Source: a virus (Duplodnaviria; Caudoviricetes). From it: 50,201 nt of DNA. Below are positions 1 through 9,253 of this stretch, piece by piece (within the stretch, counting starts at the first letter, position 1; each line of letters opens with the position of its first letter). Location of the stretch: positions 1 through 50,201 of IMG/VR virus record IMGVR_UViG_3300012167_000014, one strand, 5' to 3'. Position numbers and translations under genes: made by a program. The notes beneath the pieces were generated by a model, which was not told where the DNA came from, did no database searches, and saw only the letters and a list, made by a program, of their open reading frames with translations.

Positions 1-316
1 CAAGGGTGCGAAGCAGGAAGGACTTGATCTGTTCTTCAACGTGGACCAGATCGCTGGTATCCCTATCCGCAAGTCATATTCCTGGGACAAGTCCAGAATC
101 GACTTCGTGGTGAAGGGTGTCTGGCGGAAGGTCATGTTCAAGCAGCCGGGTATCTACAAGAAGGGTGACGAAACCCTCTTCGACATCCGGTCCACGACTG
201 ACGGTTCGCCGAAGACCTCGCTGGTCTTCTACCACGTCATCGGTTTCAACACCTACGTGAACAACCCGCCTCTGTGTTCTTTCATCGACGCACTGGCGGT
301 TCCGACCGGCTACTAA
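1..316 (+). CDS. Major capsid protein, C-terminal part
   Basis: Frame open from base 2 (KGAKQEGLDLFFNVDQIAGIPIRKSYSWDKSRIDF...NNPPLCSFIDALAVPTGY*); same codon style as 49254..50201. Confidence 0.8.
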   Translation, partial: KGAKQEGLDLFFNVDQIAGIPIRKSYSWDKSRIDFVVKGVWRKVMFKQPGIYKKGDETLFDIRSTTDGSPKTSLVFYHVIGFNTYVNNPPLCSFIDALAVPTGY

Positions 317-410
317 GCTCGGGAGGGCCCTCCCCGGTGTCCCTATCTCCTAGGGAGTCGACGGGGCTCGTACCCACTGAGGCTGGGGCTTGGTGGGACC
401 TTGAGGAATT

Positions 411-1085
411 ATGAAGAATAAGGATATCGACCTTATTAACGCGTGGTTGCTGGAAACATATGGGAGCGATCTGTTGAAGCGTCCCATGTGGAGGATCGTT
501 TGGTCTGTAGGGATCATGGAAAAGCGTGTAGGAGAGTTCCATGATTACTGTGGACCTATCTTCATTCGAGCATTTCATGGTGTACGTGAGATGCCCAAGT
601 ATCAGTATCATCCTACGTGGCGTGACCGCTGGATTCTTGAGAAGCTCATGTTCGATCTCCCGAATCCTGAAATCCTCGTAGATCAAGCAGGAACGTATGA
701 GCCTATCTATGTGTTCTATGATAGGCACGGAAACTACCAGAAGCCGACGCGTAAAGCTGTTGAGTACTTCATGTTCATGCTCCTCCAACCCAAGGCTAAG
801 GTTTGGGATTGGGAAGCTGCAGGAAAGAAGGAAGTCGACGATGAAGCTGAGTTCTTCTACGGTTGTATGGAAGACCGGTTTGGTGGTTCGTTGGCTGATG
901 CTCTCAGGAATAAAGAGGCTGTAGTTAACCCAGGAGTTCTACTCCTGCCGGATGGTAAGGAACATTGGTTTAATAGGAGTGAAAATGCAGGCAACAGTAG
1001 TCAGCCTAGTCCCGTGGCCGATTCAGGAAGTGAAGCCGGGCTTGTACCCACAGGAGTACAAGATTCCAGCGGCAGTGCTCCCTGA
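411..1085 (+). CDS. Hypothetical protein in virion operon
   Basis: 224-aa ORF with SD GAGGA directly after the capsid gene; overlaps the next ORF by about 100 nt. Confidence 0.7.
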   Translation: MKNKDIDLINAWLLETYGSDLLKRPMWRIVWSVGIMEKRVGEFHDYCGPIFIRAFHGVREMPKYQYHPTWRDRWILEKLMFDLPNPEILVDQAGTYEPIYVFYDRHGNYQKPTRKAVEYFMFMLLQPKAKVWDWEAAGKKEVDDEAEFFYGCMEDRFGGSLADALRNKEAVVNPGVLLLPDGKEHWFNRSENAGNSSQPSPVADSGSEAGLVPTGVQDSSGSAP

Positions 1086-1620
1086 CTTTTCCACGCTTTT
1101 GATCGAAGATGGAAAGCGATCTGTGTTCCTTGATGGTGATAGGGGAACGGAGGCTATCTTTGTTCCAGCAACCACGATTGCGAAGTCGTTGGTTGTGGAC
1201 TATTCGATCGGACAACCTGCTCAAGAAGCTGAGGTTGCTGGACCGGGGATCTTCTTTGTTGAGGGAAAAGTTAGTAAGAAGGATATCCTCGACAGTCACT
1301 CAGAAGAGCTGAAGAAAGCTCAGAAGCTCCAGCATCAGTGGTGGGTCATCCTTGTGAGGTTGGCGGATGACCTTTGGACGAACAACCACAAGTACAGTCA
1401 GATCTCGGATCTCGAGCGGACTGCTTGTCGCTCACTCGGACTCAAGCGAGATTGGCTGGACGATTCACCGGACACAATCACTAAGTGTCCTTACTGCACG
1501 ACCCTCATCTCTACCTTCGCTATTGTCTGCTTCGCTTGCAGACTCCCAATCAAGATCGAGGAGTACAAGAAGGTACTCGAGGCTGTTGGGATGAACCCTG
1601 TTCAGACTCTGAACAAGTAA
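985..1620 (+). CDS. Hypothetical protein with C-terminal zinc ribbon (CPYC..CFAC)
   Basis: AGGAG SD before ATG 985; CxxC-x10-CxxC motif. Confidence 0.75.
   Translation: MQATVVSLVPWPIQEVKPGLYPQEYKIPAAVLPDFSTLLIEDGKRSVFLDGDRGTEAIFVPATTIAKSLVVDYSIGQPAQEAEVAGPGIFFVEGKVSKKDILDSHSEELKKAQKLQHQWWVILVRLADDLWTNNHKYSQISDLERTACRSLGLKRDWLDDSPDTITKCPYCTTLISTFAIVCFACRLPIKIEEYKKVLEAVGMNPVQTLNK
1599..1615. promoter_or_regulatory. 17-bp palindrome TGTTCAGACTCTGAACA
   Basis: Read directly; at the 3' end of ORF 985..1620, just upstream of the next SD. Confidence 0.75.
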
Positions 1621-1629
1621 GGAGCTTTC

Positions 1630-2298
1630 GTGTCACTTACAGCTGGAAACGTAATGGATGAGTCAGCTGCACTCTTGACTGATCCAGATAAGATTACGTT
1701 CACCTATGAAGCCCAGCTGCCATACCTCCGAATTGCTTGGAGGGAACTCGAAGAAGCTCTCGTAGCGAATGGGATCGCTGATGTGGAGGAGAAGTTCTCA
1801 CTTCCCTCAACGATCACAGCAAATACGACTGAGTGGGTCGGCCAGCCCATCGACCTCCTAGTTCCACTTTACATGTGGGAACGTCCAGTAGGAGGTCCAC
1901 TCTCGTCCTATGAGACAATGGAGGAAAGAGAATCTGATCCTTTCGAGATCCCTGTAGCAGAACTCGAGAACTGGTTCTTCAAGGAAGGAATCATCAAGTT
2001 CAAGGGGGCTACGACAGATCGAGAAGTCATCCTCAAGTATCAAAGAGAACTGATTACGATTGTTGGTCAATCAACAGTTCTTCCTGTCTTTGGTTGTGGT
2101 TCCTTTCTCTCTTTCAGAAACGCAGCTATCTTAGCTCGTTCAAGAGGGAATAGAAGTAGAGCAGATGATCTGGACGCAGATGCGACCACTCATCTTGGTG
2201 ACTCTATCTCTACGAAGGTCAAGAACGAGCAGGGAACACCTGTGAGACCGAAGCCTTATGGGTGGGCGAGACGAGGAAGACAGCGTTCCAATAGATAG
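1630..2298 (+). CDS. Putative head-tail adaptor/connector protein
   Basis: 222 aa, AAGGAG SD; size and position between capsid and nozzle; podovirus adaptor-like helical N- and C-termini. Confidence 0.55.
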   Translation: MSLTAGNVMDESAALLTDPDKITFTYEAQLPYLRIAWRELEEALVANGIADVEEKFSLPSTITANTTEWVGQPIDLLVPLYMWERPVGGPLSSYETMEERESDPFEIPVAELENWFFKEGIIKFKGATTDREVILKYQRELITIVGQSTVLPVFGCGSFLSFRNAAILARSRGNRSRADDLDADATTHLGDSISTKVKNEQGTPVRPKPYGWARRGRQRSNR

Positions 2299-2307
2299 GA
2301 GCTTGAA

Positions 2308-2676
2308 ATGGCGGTTGCTGCTGTGACGGTGACGACTGTACAGGAACTTCCGATGTTGGGGGATGCGGTGCTTGTCGTTGGCACCTTGGCAATCGCTCCA
2401 GCTGCGGATACGTACGCGACAAATGGCTTGGCGCTTGGGGAGGCCGAGTTCCGTAACAAGGGAGTTCTTATCGCTGGGAGAGCTCCCAACAGGATGATCT
2501 GTTTTGGTAAGGCAGGTTATCACTACGAGTACAATGAGGTCACGGACAAGTTGATTGTCCGAACTGGGGCTGCTGCAGCAGCTCCTCTCACGGAGATGGC
2601 GAACGCTCTTGCCATTCCCGCGGCCCTCAGCGGAGATGTCATCAACTTCTGGGCCCTCTTCAACAAGCTTGGCTAA
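2308..2676 (+). CDS. Small virion structural (decoration-like) protein
   Basis: 122 aa, AGGAG SD, Ala-rich, YATNGL..GYHYEY..DKLIV pattern. Confidence 0.5.
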   Translation: MAVAAVTVTTVQELPMLGDAVLVVGTLAIAPAADTYATNGLALGEAEFRNKGVLIAGRAPNRMICFGKAGYHYEYNEVTDKLIVRTGAAAAAPLTEMANALAIPAALSGDVINFWALFNKLG

Positions 2677-4568
2677 TGAGAGATCATACTCCCATCGGTA
2701 TCAAGGAGTTCAGAGGCCACTTTTCTCGTGGTCTACCAGAAGCTTGTCCGAAGGAGTATGCTCTCGATGAGCTGAACGTTGAGTTCACAGAGGGAGGGGT
2801 TCTTACTCGTGCAGGGTTTGACCTCTCCCTCTCTGCCGTAATTGGTGGGTGGAGCGGAGTTTGTAAGAGAGTCTTCGAGTACAAGAAGCGTGGAGAAGTC
2901 TCGCGTCTACTTATCCTAGACGCTAGTGGACAGATCTATGACTCTTCTACAACCATGTTAACTCCTATCTTGACTGTTGCAGGCATGGTAGACTTTTCTG
3001 CTATTACCATGTTTGATCGTGCTTACATCTCTCCTCATGATGGCAATAAGGGATTGTCTAATGAGAAGGTGTATGTTTACGATGGAGTAGGCGTTGCACG
3101 CGTGGCTGCTGGCGTCGCACCATCTGGATATACTCTAACAGTTGTGGATTCCGCAACTTCAGGAAATATCGAAATAGGTACTCATCTCTTCTCCGTAGCT
3201 TTTGAGACAGCTTCTGGACACGTAACGAAGTTTGGTCTAACGGGGGCAGAGGTCAAGACATATGCTGCACCTGGAGGAAAGAAAGCAGATATCTCTACTA
3301 TTCCTCTAGGTCCAGCTGGAACAGTTGCGCGTCATATCGTAGTCACAAAGGTACAGAAAGACTACGATGGGAATCCAAAGGACAAGCAATGGTTCTTTCT
3401 TCCTAGTGGCAGGATTGGAGATAATACAACTACGGTACTCGCCGGAGTTAATTTCTTCGATTCCGACCTCATAGTTCTTGCTGATAGACTACTCAATCAG
3501 CTAGCTACGATTCCAGCTGGTTCTTGCATCACCACGTATGAATCTTCTCTTGTAGTAGGAGGAGCAGCAGACGCAGAATCCACGATAAGAATCTCAGACT
3601 CAGGTAATCCAGAGTCCTTCTCAGACTTGGAAGGCTTTGTGCATATTGATCCTGGGGACTCTGGTGGAGCTGTTCATCAGTTGATAGATCATCGTGGACT
3701 CCTCTACATCATGAAGGATCTACGTACACACGCAACGAAATCAAACGGTGCTGCTCCTTCTTCCTGGGAAGTAATACCGATTGATGCTGCTCAAGGAACA
3801 GGAGTGCATGGAGCATCTGGAGTACTTGACTCTAAAGGTCACACTCTAGATATGTTCCTTGCTTGTACCCGCTCGGGGCTTCAAAAGTTCACAGGTTCCT
3901 ATGGGGCAGAAAAGGAACTTACGTATGTGATTGAAGATGTGTGGAGGAGGATTAACCCACTCTACTTTAAGCTCGTACAGATCTCTGTAGATCCCGTCGT
4001 GAAGCGTGTGTACATTTCCGCTCCACTAGATTCTGCAATTGAAGCCTCTCATGTTCTTATGGGAGACTTTAATGAAGGTCTAGACGCTACAAAGATCAAG
4101 TGGTCAGTCTGGGCTTTCCCAAAGAAGCCTACAAGTAACTGGGTTGAAGTTGACTTCACCACTCAGAGAACCAAGTTTAGATTTGGTGCTTCTGATGGAG
4201 GGTTATACACACGTAACCCTGATAGACTCAATGACTTCAATACGGTTATCATCTCGTTCTACAGGTGTGGTTACGTAACACTGGATTCCTCCGGTGGAGT
4301 TTGTCACTTCCACGCACTCCGAGGTAGTGGTATCGGTGATGGTCAGTTGGAACTAACAGTCTATGGGGTAGATGATGTACAGGTGAAGGTTCTACCCTCG
4401 ATAACACTTTCCGAAACACCGGGGAGAGTGTTACTTAGATTGATGTCATTTGTCAATGAAGAAGCCTCATTGAAGTTTGGGGTCGACTCAGCAGATGAGT
4501 GGTTCCACATCACCTCGATGTATATCATGACCTCTGTAATGTGGGAAGAACAACTCCAAAGTGGCTGA
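2676..4568 (+). CDS. Putative tail nozzle/stabilisation protein (beta-propeller, P22 gp10-like role)
   Basis: 630 aa, beta-rich, TAATG coupling, follows the adaptor gene. Confidence 0.6.
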   Translation: MRDHTPIGIKEFRGHFSRGLPEACPKEYALDELNVEFTEGGVLTRAGFDLSLSAVIGGWSGVCKRVFEYKKRGEVSRLLILDASGQIYDSSTTMLTPILTVAGMVDFSAITMFDRAYISPHDGNKGLSNEKVYVYDGVGVARVAAGVAPSGYTLTVVDSATSGNIEIGTHLFSVAFETASGHVTKFGLTGAEVKTYAAPGGKKADISTIPLGPAGTVARHIVVTKVQKDYDGNPKDKQWFFLPSGRIGDNTTTVLAGVNFFDSDLIVLADRLLNQLATIPAGSCITTYESSLVVGGAADAESTIRISDSGNPESFSDLEGFVHIDPGDSGGAVHQLIDHRGLLYIMKDLRTHATKSNGAAPSSWEVIPIDAAQGTGVHGASGVLDSKGHTLDMFLACTRSGLQKFTGSYGAEKELTYVIEDVWRRINPLYFKLVQISVDPVVKRVYISAPLDSAIEASHVLMGDFNEGLDATKIKWSVWAFPKKPTSNWVEVDFTTQRTKFRFGASDGGLYTRNPDRLNDFNTVIISFYRCGYVTLDSSGGVCHFHALRGSGIGDGQLELTVYGVDDVQVKVLPSITLSETPGRVLLRLMSFVNEEASLKFGVDSADEWFHITSMYIMTSVMWEEQLQSG

Positions 4569-6006
4569 TATCATCAAGTCTAATAGGGATAAGATCCTCG
4601 CTCTTTCTGCTAACATCAGAAGGAACGATCCACGTCTGTCTGATATCATTGATCTTCTTGCAGACAATCTGCATGAAGTTATTGTCACAGTCTCTCCTAT
4701 CATATCGCTTGTTACTACCATCACAGGACCTACAGGACTTCCTGGAGCGATAACGAGTGTCACGATTACTCTTACTCGGACTGCGATTCAGATCACGTGG
4801 AGTTCAGTAGCCAGTGCTCAGTTGTATGAGATAAGAGAAGGAGAAGTCTGGGAGACTGCTGTCTTTATCCTTCGTACTCCTTCACTTGGTGCGGCACTTG
4901 CTCCTCGAGTTCCTGCCCCACTAATTGATGGGTATCACTTCTTGATTAAGTCCATCAATGCCTTAGGAGTTGAGAGCACTACGGCCTTCGCCTTTTCTGT
5001 TCTTATCCCTCTTATGGGGATGCCTTCCATTTCTTCTCAAGTCATCGACAATAACGTTCTTCTCTTCTGGACCATTCCATTCTCGATCTTCCAGATAGAT
5101 CACTACAATGTCTATAAGGACAACGTAAAGTTCGCGGAGATCTCTGGTACGTTCATCACACGTTTCGAGGCTGCGTCAGGAACTTATCTATATCAGGTAG
5201 AAGCTGTTGACATAGCTGGACAGCTTTCGGCTAGAGGTTCTACTTCTGCTACCGTTCGTCAGCCACCTGATTATAACTTACTACTTGAGTTTGAGTCAGA
5301 CTTCACAGGAACTCTAGTTAACTGTATCAGGGAGATAACGGATCTTAAGCGTCTCATCGCGTGCGTGGATACAACTGAGACTTATCAGAATCATTTCATC
5401 AATGGTCCAGGTGGTCCTTGGGTAGATCCTGAGGATCAAGTAACTGCTGGATTCGAACGTTTCATCCAAGAGAACTTGCTCACAGGTTCCTATCAAGATC
5501 AGATTGACTATGGTGCCGTAATTCAGAACATCATAGTCAATGTGACCTATGTTAAGGAACAGTTCACAGGTACTACGGATGTAACAGTAGTGGTCAAGAT
5601 GGACTCCTCACTGAATGGTACAGTGTGGACTGGTGAAGTAGTGGGTGTTTCTCAATTCTTTCCAGCTTTTCGCTATCTTCGTATAAAGATGGAGTTCACA
5701 GCTCCTAACTCAGACTCCATGATTGCTATCTCCTCCTTTAAGGCTGCAATCAACGTAAAGAGAGAAATGGATTCTGGAACAGTTTCTGTCTTGGCTAGTG
5801 ATACAACAGGTACACAAGTCAACTTCACGAAACCCTTCAGAGATGTAGACTCTGTAACGGGAGAGGCCCAATCTACTGAACCCGTAGATGTAGTTGTAGA
5901 CTTCGTGGACATTCCAGATCCTGTAGGTTTTAAGCTTTTTGCCTTTAATGGTTTCGGACAACGTGTAGATTCTCAGGTCTACTGGAAGGCAAGAGGTATA
6001 GTCTAA
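4561..6006 (+). CDS. Tail/fibre-associated protein with fibronectin type III-like domains
   Basis: 481 aa; FN3-like motifs (ITWSSV..LYEIR, HYNVYKD..YLYQVEAVDIAG). Confidence 0.6.
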   Translation: MADIIKSNRDKILALSANIRRNDPRLSDIIDLLADNLHEVIVTVSPIISLVTTITGPTGLPGAITSVTITLTRTAIQITWSSVASAQLYEIREGEVWETAVFILRTPSLGAALAPRVPAPLIDGYHFLIKSINALGVESTTAFAFSVLIPLMGMPSISSQVIDNNVLLFWTIPFSIFQIDHYNVYKDNVKFAEISGTFITRFEAASGTYLYQVEAVDIAGQLSARGSTSATVRQPPDYNLLLEFESDFTGTLVNCIREITDLKRLIACVDTTETYQNHFINGPGGPWVDPEDQVTAGFERFIQENLLTGSYQDQIDYGAVIQNIIVNVTYVKEQFTGTTDVTVVVKMDSSLNGTVWTGEVVGVSQFFPAFRYLRIKMEFTAPNSDSMIAISSFKAAINVKREMDSGTVSVLASDTTGTQVNFTKPFRDVDSVTGEAQSTEPVDVVVDFVDIPDPVGFKLFAFNGFGQRVDSQVYWKARGIV

Positions 6007-6521
6007 TGTCACAAAGATGGATACGCTATAATGAAACGCTCAAGTATTGGGAGCGTTCTGTAGATGGAGTTAATTTCTCCCCTGTCATTGAAGGTTGGCA
6101 GCATCACTGTCGTGCCTATCGTACAACGAATCAAACAATACCGAATACAACTGATGTCTTCATTGATTTCGATAACGAGCGACTCGATAGTACCGGGATG
6201 CATGTAGTTAGTGGAGCTACTAACAGAATCACCATTCTCGAACCTGGCCTATATCTTGTTGGTGCTCAAGTAAGGTGGGCATCCAATACTGGTGGAACTT
6301 TCCGAGCCCTTCGTCTAAAGACTTCAAATGGAGACGTTATTGCTGTTGTCTCTTTTTCTCCCTTGAATTCAGTTACAGATCAAATAGTCACAACCATGTG
6401 GAAGTTCGCCCTAAACGAATGGGTCACAGTGGAAGTAGCACAAAATAGTGGCGGAAACTTAGACATAGTAAGTCAAGCTTCTTTTTCCCCTGAGTTCTGG
6501 GCTGTTAGATTAGGTGCCTAA
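6006..6521 (+). CDS. Putative receptor-binding protein with C1q/TNF-like jelly-roll domain
   Basis: Motifs FDNE, RITILEPGLYLVGAQVRW, VEVAQNSGG. Confidence 0.55.
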   Translation: MSQRWIRYNETLKYWERSVDGVNFSPVIEGWQHHCRAYRTTNQTIPNTTDVFIDFDNERLDSTGMHVVSGATNRITILEPGLYLVGAQVRWASNTGGTFRALRLKTSNGDVIAVVSFSPLNSVTDQIVTTMWKFALNEWVTVEVAQNSGGNLDIVSQASFSPEFWAVRLGA

Positions 6522-6820
6522 TGGAAGAAATGCACCCATTAGAACTCTTCCTCATGATTGGGGAAAGAGAGGTTCGCATTCGACAGCTCGAGAAAGAAGT
6601 AGCTCGATACAAACAAGAGGCAGAAGATGGCAGATTGGAACTCGCCAGGATTAACGACAGCATACGCGACCGTTCTCTCGGACCTAAAGGCGAGGGATGT
6701 GGACGGGGCGTCGTTGTTCCTATCCGCCCCGACGAATCCAGTAGTGGGGATGATCAGGTACGAAAGAACCCTGAACAAATTCCAGGAGTACCGCACATCA
6801 CCCTCAGCGAACTGGTATGA
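6521..6820 (+). CDS. Small coiled-coil hypothetical protein (possible fibre chaperone)
   Basis: TAATG coupling to the upstream gene; heptad-like N-terminus; 3' half overlaps 6627..7073. Confidence 0.45.
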   Translation: MEEMHPLELFLMIGEREVRIRQLEKEVARYKQEAEDGRLELARINDSIRDRSLGPKGEGCGRGVVVPIRPDESSSGDDQVRKNPEQIPGVPHITLSELV

Positions 6821-7073
6821 TCTCATCCTTTCTGCCGCGGGTGGAGGAACGGGTGGTGTTTCTGTTCTGGGTACGATGGCTGCTCAGAATAGCAACGCGG
6901 TTGCCATCACAGGTGGTAGCGTAATCGGACTTACTACCTTACAGCTTGGTAGTGATTTAACGATGAACGCAGATGATACGAGGTCAATCGGTACGAACGC
7001 ATCTCGACCTAAGTATATCTACGTTCGTTCTGGTTTTGTTCTTCCTGTCGGCGTCGACAAGTGGGTTCCCTAG
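6627..7073 (+). CDS. Tail fibre-like protein
   Basis: GGTGG and LGTMAAQNSNAVAITGGS fibre motifs. Confidence 0.6.
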   Translation: MADWNSPGLTTAYATVLSDLKARDVDGASLFLSAPTNPVVGMIRYERTLNKFQEYRTSPSANWYDLILSAAGGGTGGVSVLGTMAAQNSNAVAITGGSVIGLTTLQLGSDLTMNADDTRSIGTNASRPKYIYVRSGFVLPVGVDKWVP

Positions 7074-7074
7074 T

Positions 7075-7485
7075 ATGAAGTGGGGACAGATGGGTCCAGA
7101 TGCTCCTGAAGAATATCGTCCAAGAAAGCTAACTGGAAGACTAGAAGAGGAACGTCCTAGTTTTCTTCAAGATACAGGGGGTATGTTAACTAATGCCCTT
7201 GCTGATGTGATCTCTACTGAGGCAGTTCGTAGAGGAGGTGGACAGGAAGATAATCCAGTCCTACGTAAGCTCCAAGTGAAAGGATCAAACGTACCAAGCA
7301 TGATTGGGGGCTCATTGATCCAGGCTTTCCTTGCACATAAGTTAGGAAAGAAGCATCCTAACATTGCACATGCACTTAAGACAGTGCAAACATCAGCTAG
7401 TGGTACGTTAGCTGGACAAAATGCTTCTCTCCTTGGAAAAGGTCAATACAAGGATGATCGCATAAGAGTCTTTGGGAGAAGATAA
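7075..7485 (+). CDS. Hypothetical protein
   Basis: ATG 1 nt after the upstream stop; ADVIST..RRGGGQEDNPVL motif. Confidence 0.6.
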   Translation: MKWGQMGPDAPEEYRPRKLTGRLEEERPSFLQDTGGMLTNALADVISTEAVRRGGGQEDNPVLRKLQVKGSNVPSMIGGSLIQAFLAHKLGKKHPNIAHALKTVQTSASGTLAGQNASLLGKGQYKDDRIRVFGRR

Positions 7486-8742
7486 GTGGCCCTCGTTGTA
7501 AGCACAGGAGATCCAGGTCAGTTAAGTGTTAATGAAAGTGCACACTTAACTAATGTGGTTTTCTATGGTTCTTGGGGTGGTAACGATTTCACACTTAAAC
7601 TCTTCTTTGATTACGGCATTGGTGCCTTTACTACTGAGTTTGCTTTTATCGGGAACTACTGTGATGTTAGTGGAAACTTTAATCAAACGATTGCACTCAC
7701 TTCAGATAAGAGCTATATCGTTCGAGCTAGACTTAACGCTTTCTTTAACTCTGGTTTTTGTATTGCAGAGACTTTCGTTGGTGTCGCAAATGCAGGCTTA
7801 AAGAGTTTTAAGTCCTGGGCAGTAACTCCCGTTAACTCTGTAGATGGTGTAGCATCATCTATCACAGCGACGGATGCATTACTTACTTTCTCGGACTTCA
7901 AAGTTAATACTGATGAGAGTACAGGAACGGCCCAGATTGAGTATCGTAAACAGGGTGACGCGACTTGGATTCCAGTAGGTTCAGCTTCGGGGACACTTTC
8001 AGGTTATGGAACTCAATCTCTTGCTCGTACTGCTTCTGGACTTCTGGGTTCTACTATTTATGAGTATCGTATTACTATCACTCGTACAACTTCTAACGTT
8101 ACAGTATGGTCTTCCTCCATCTATACATTTACAACTTCTGCCTCGGTTCCTACTATTCAAACTGATCCTGCTAGCTATTTTGCTCCTACTGCAGCAAGCC
8201 TTAACGGAACTGTTGATCCGAACTTTAATTCTACTACGTATTACTTTGAGTATGGATTGACAACTGGATATGGAACTACTACAGGCTCTCTTGGTCCTAA
8301 TAGTGGAGGTTCTCCACTTGGCTATCAACAACGTATTTATGGACTTCTGCCTACTACCCTTTACCACTTTCGAGCTGTTCTCTCGTATTCAGGTGGAATT
8401 CTTGTTGGTAGTGATAGGACCTTTACTACTACTGTTACAAGAGAGAATGGGAGTGTCTGGGTAGAAGGAACTGATCTTCATTGGATTAGTGATGGAGTAA
8501 ATTGGAGAAGCACAGGAGGAAGTTCAGGAGCCGTAGCGGGCAAAGTAGGTTCTATCTGGGTAGAGGGAAACGATCTTCATTACATTGATTCCTCGGGGAA
8601 TGAGCGGACTCTCGTAGGAGTCGATGGTGGAGTCGTAGCAGGGAAGATGGGTTCCCTCTGGATAGATGGAACTGTGAACAATAATCTCTACTGGATTGAT
8701 GCATCCAACCATAAGAGATCGCTTTTAGGTGTGAATCCATAA
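7486..8742 (+). CDS. Putative receptor-binding/fibre protein with two FN3-like domains and three C-terminal GS(V/I/L)W(V/I)(E/D)G repeats
   Basis: ASLNGTVDPN..TYYFEYG..GLLPTTLYHFRAV is FN3-like; Thr/Ser-rich; T-rich codon usage. Confidence 0.65.
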   Translation: MALVVSTGDPGQLSVNESAHLTNVVFYGSWGGNDFTLKLFFDYGIGAFTTEFAFIGNYCDVSGNFNQTIALTSDKSYIVRARLNAFFNSGFCIAETFVGVANAGLKSFKSWAVTPVNSVDGVASSITATDALLTFSDFKVNTDESTGTAQIEYRKQGDATWIPVGSASGTLSGYGTQSLARTASGLLGSTIYEYRITITRTTSNVTVWSSSIYTFTTSASVPTIQTDPASYFAPTAASLNGTVDPNFNSTTYYFEYGLTTGYGTTTGSLGPNSGGSPLGYQQRIYGLLPTTLYHFRAVLSYSGGILVGSDRTFTTTVTRENGSVWVEGTDLHWISDGVNWRSTGGSSGAVAGKVGSIWVEGNDLHYIDSSGNERTLVGVDGGVVAGKMGSLWIDGTVNNNLYWIDASNHKRSLLGVNP

Positions 8743-8744
8743 GG

Positions 8745-8761
8745 TGTTCACAGTCTGAACA
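8745..8761. promoter_or_regulatory. 17-bp palindrome TGTTCACAGTCTGAACA
   Basis: Intergenic, immediately before the lysozyme SD. Confidence 0.75.
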
Positions 8762-8770
8762 GGAAATAGT

Positions 8771-9244
8771 ATGGATATCCCACGATTGATCGAACGTCTC
8801 AAGCTAGATGAAGGCTGGAGTGCTGTCATCTATATTGACGATACAGGGAATCTCACGATAGGTTTTGGCTACAACCTGGGGAAGCTTATCCTTCCTGAGG
8901 GTATAGACCTTAAGCTTGTTTCAGTGAAACCTGTTAATGGGATATCCAAGGAAATAGGAGAACTTCTTCTAAGTGGTTTCTTAATGAAGCTCCTTATTGA
9001 TCTTACGATCAAGCTTCCTTGGCTTAAAAACCTCGATGATGTACGTCAAAGAGTCATTGCGAATATGGCCTATAACCTAGGTGTAGATGGGTTGCTGCTC
9101 TGGCCAATATTCCTACGGCAGACGAGAAATGGTGAGTGGCTAAAGGCTGCACACAATATGCGCTCCACTCGCTGGTTTCGTCAAGTGGGATCTCGTGGAA
9201 GACGCTTGGCGAACATGATGGAAACGGGTAAGGACCCAGAATAA
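8771..9244 (+). CDS. Lysozyme/endolysin (glycoside hydrolase family 24, T4-lysozyme-like)
   Basis: Catalytic E-x8-D-x5-T pattern in DEGWSAVIYIDDTGNLTIGFG, plus NMAYNLG and S.W..QVG.R. Confidence 0.88.
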   Translation: MDIPRLIERLKLDEGWSAVIYIDDTGNLTIGFGYNLGKLILPEGIDLKLVSVKPVNGISKEIGELLLSGFLMKLLIDLTIKLPWLKNLDDVRQRVIANMAYNLGVDGLLLWPIFLRQTRNGEWLKAAHNMRSTRWFRQVGSRGRRLANMMETGKDPE

Positions 9245-9253
9245 AGGAATATC

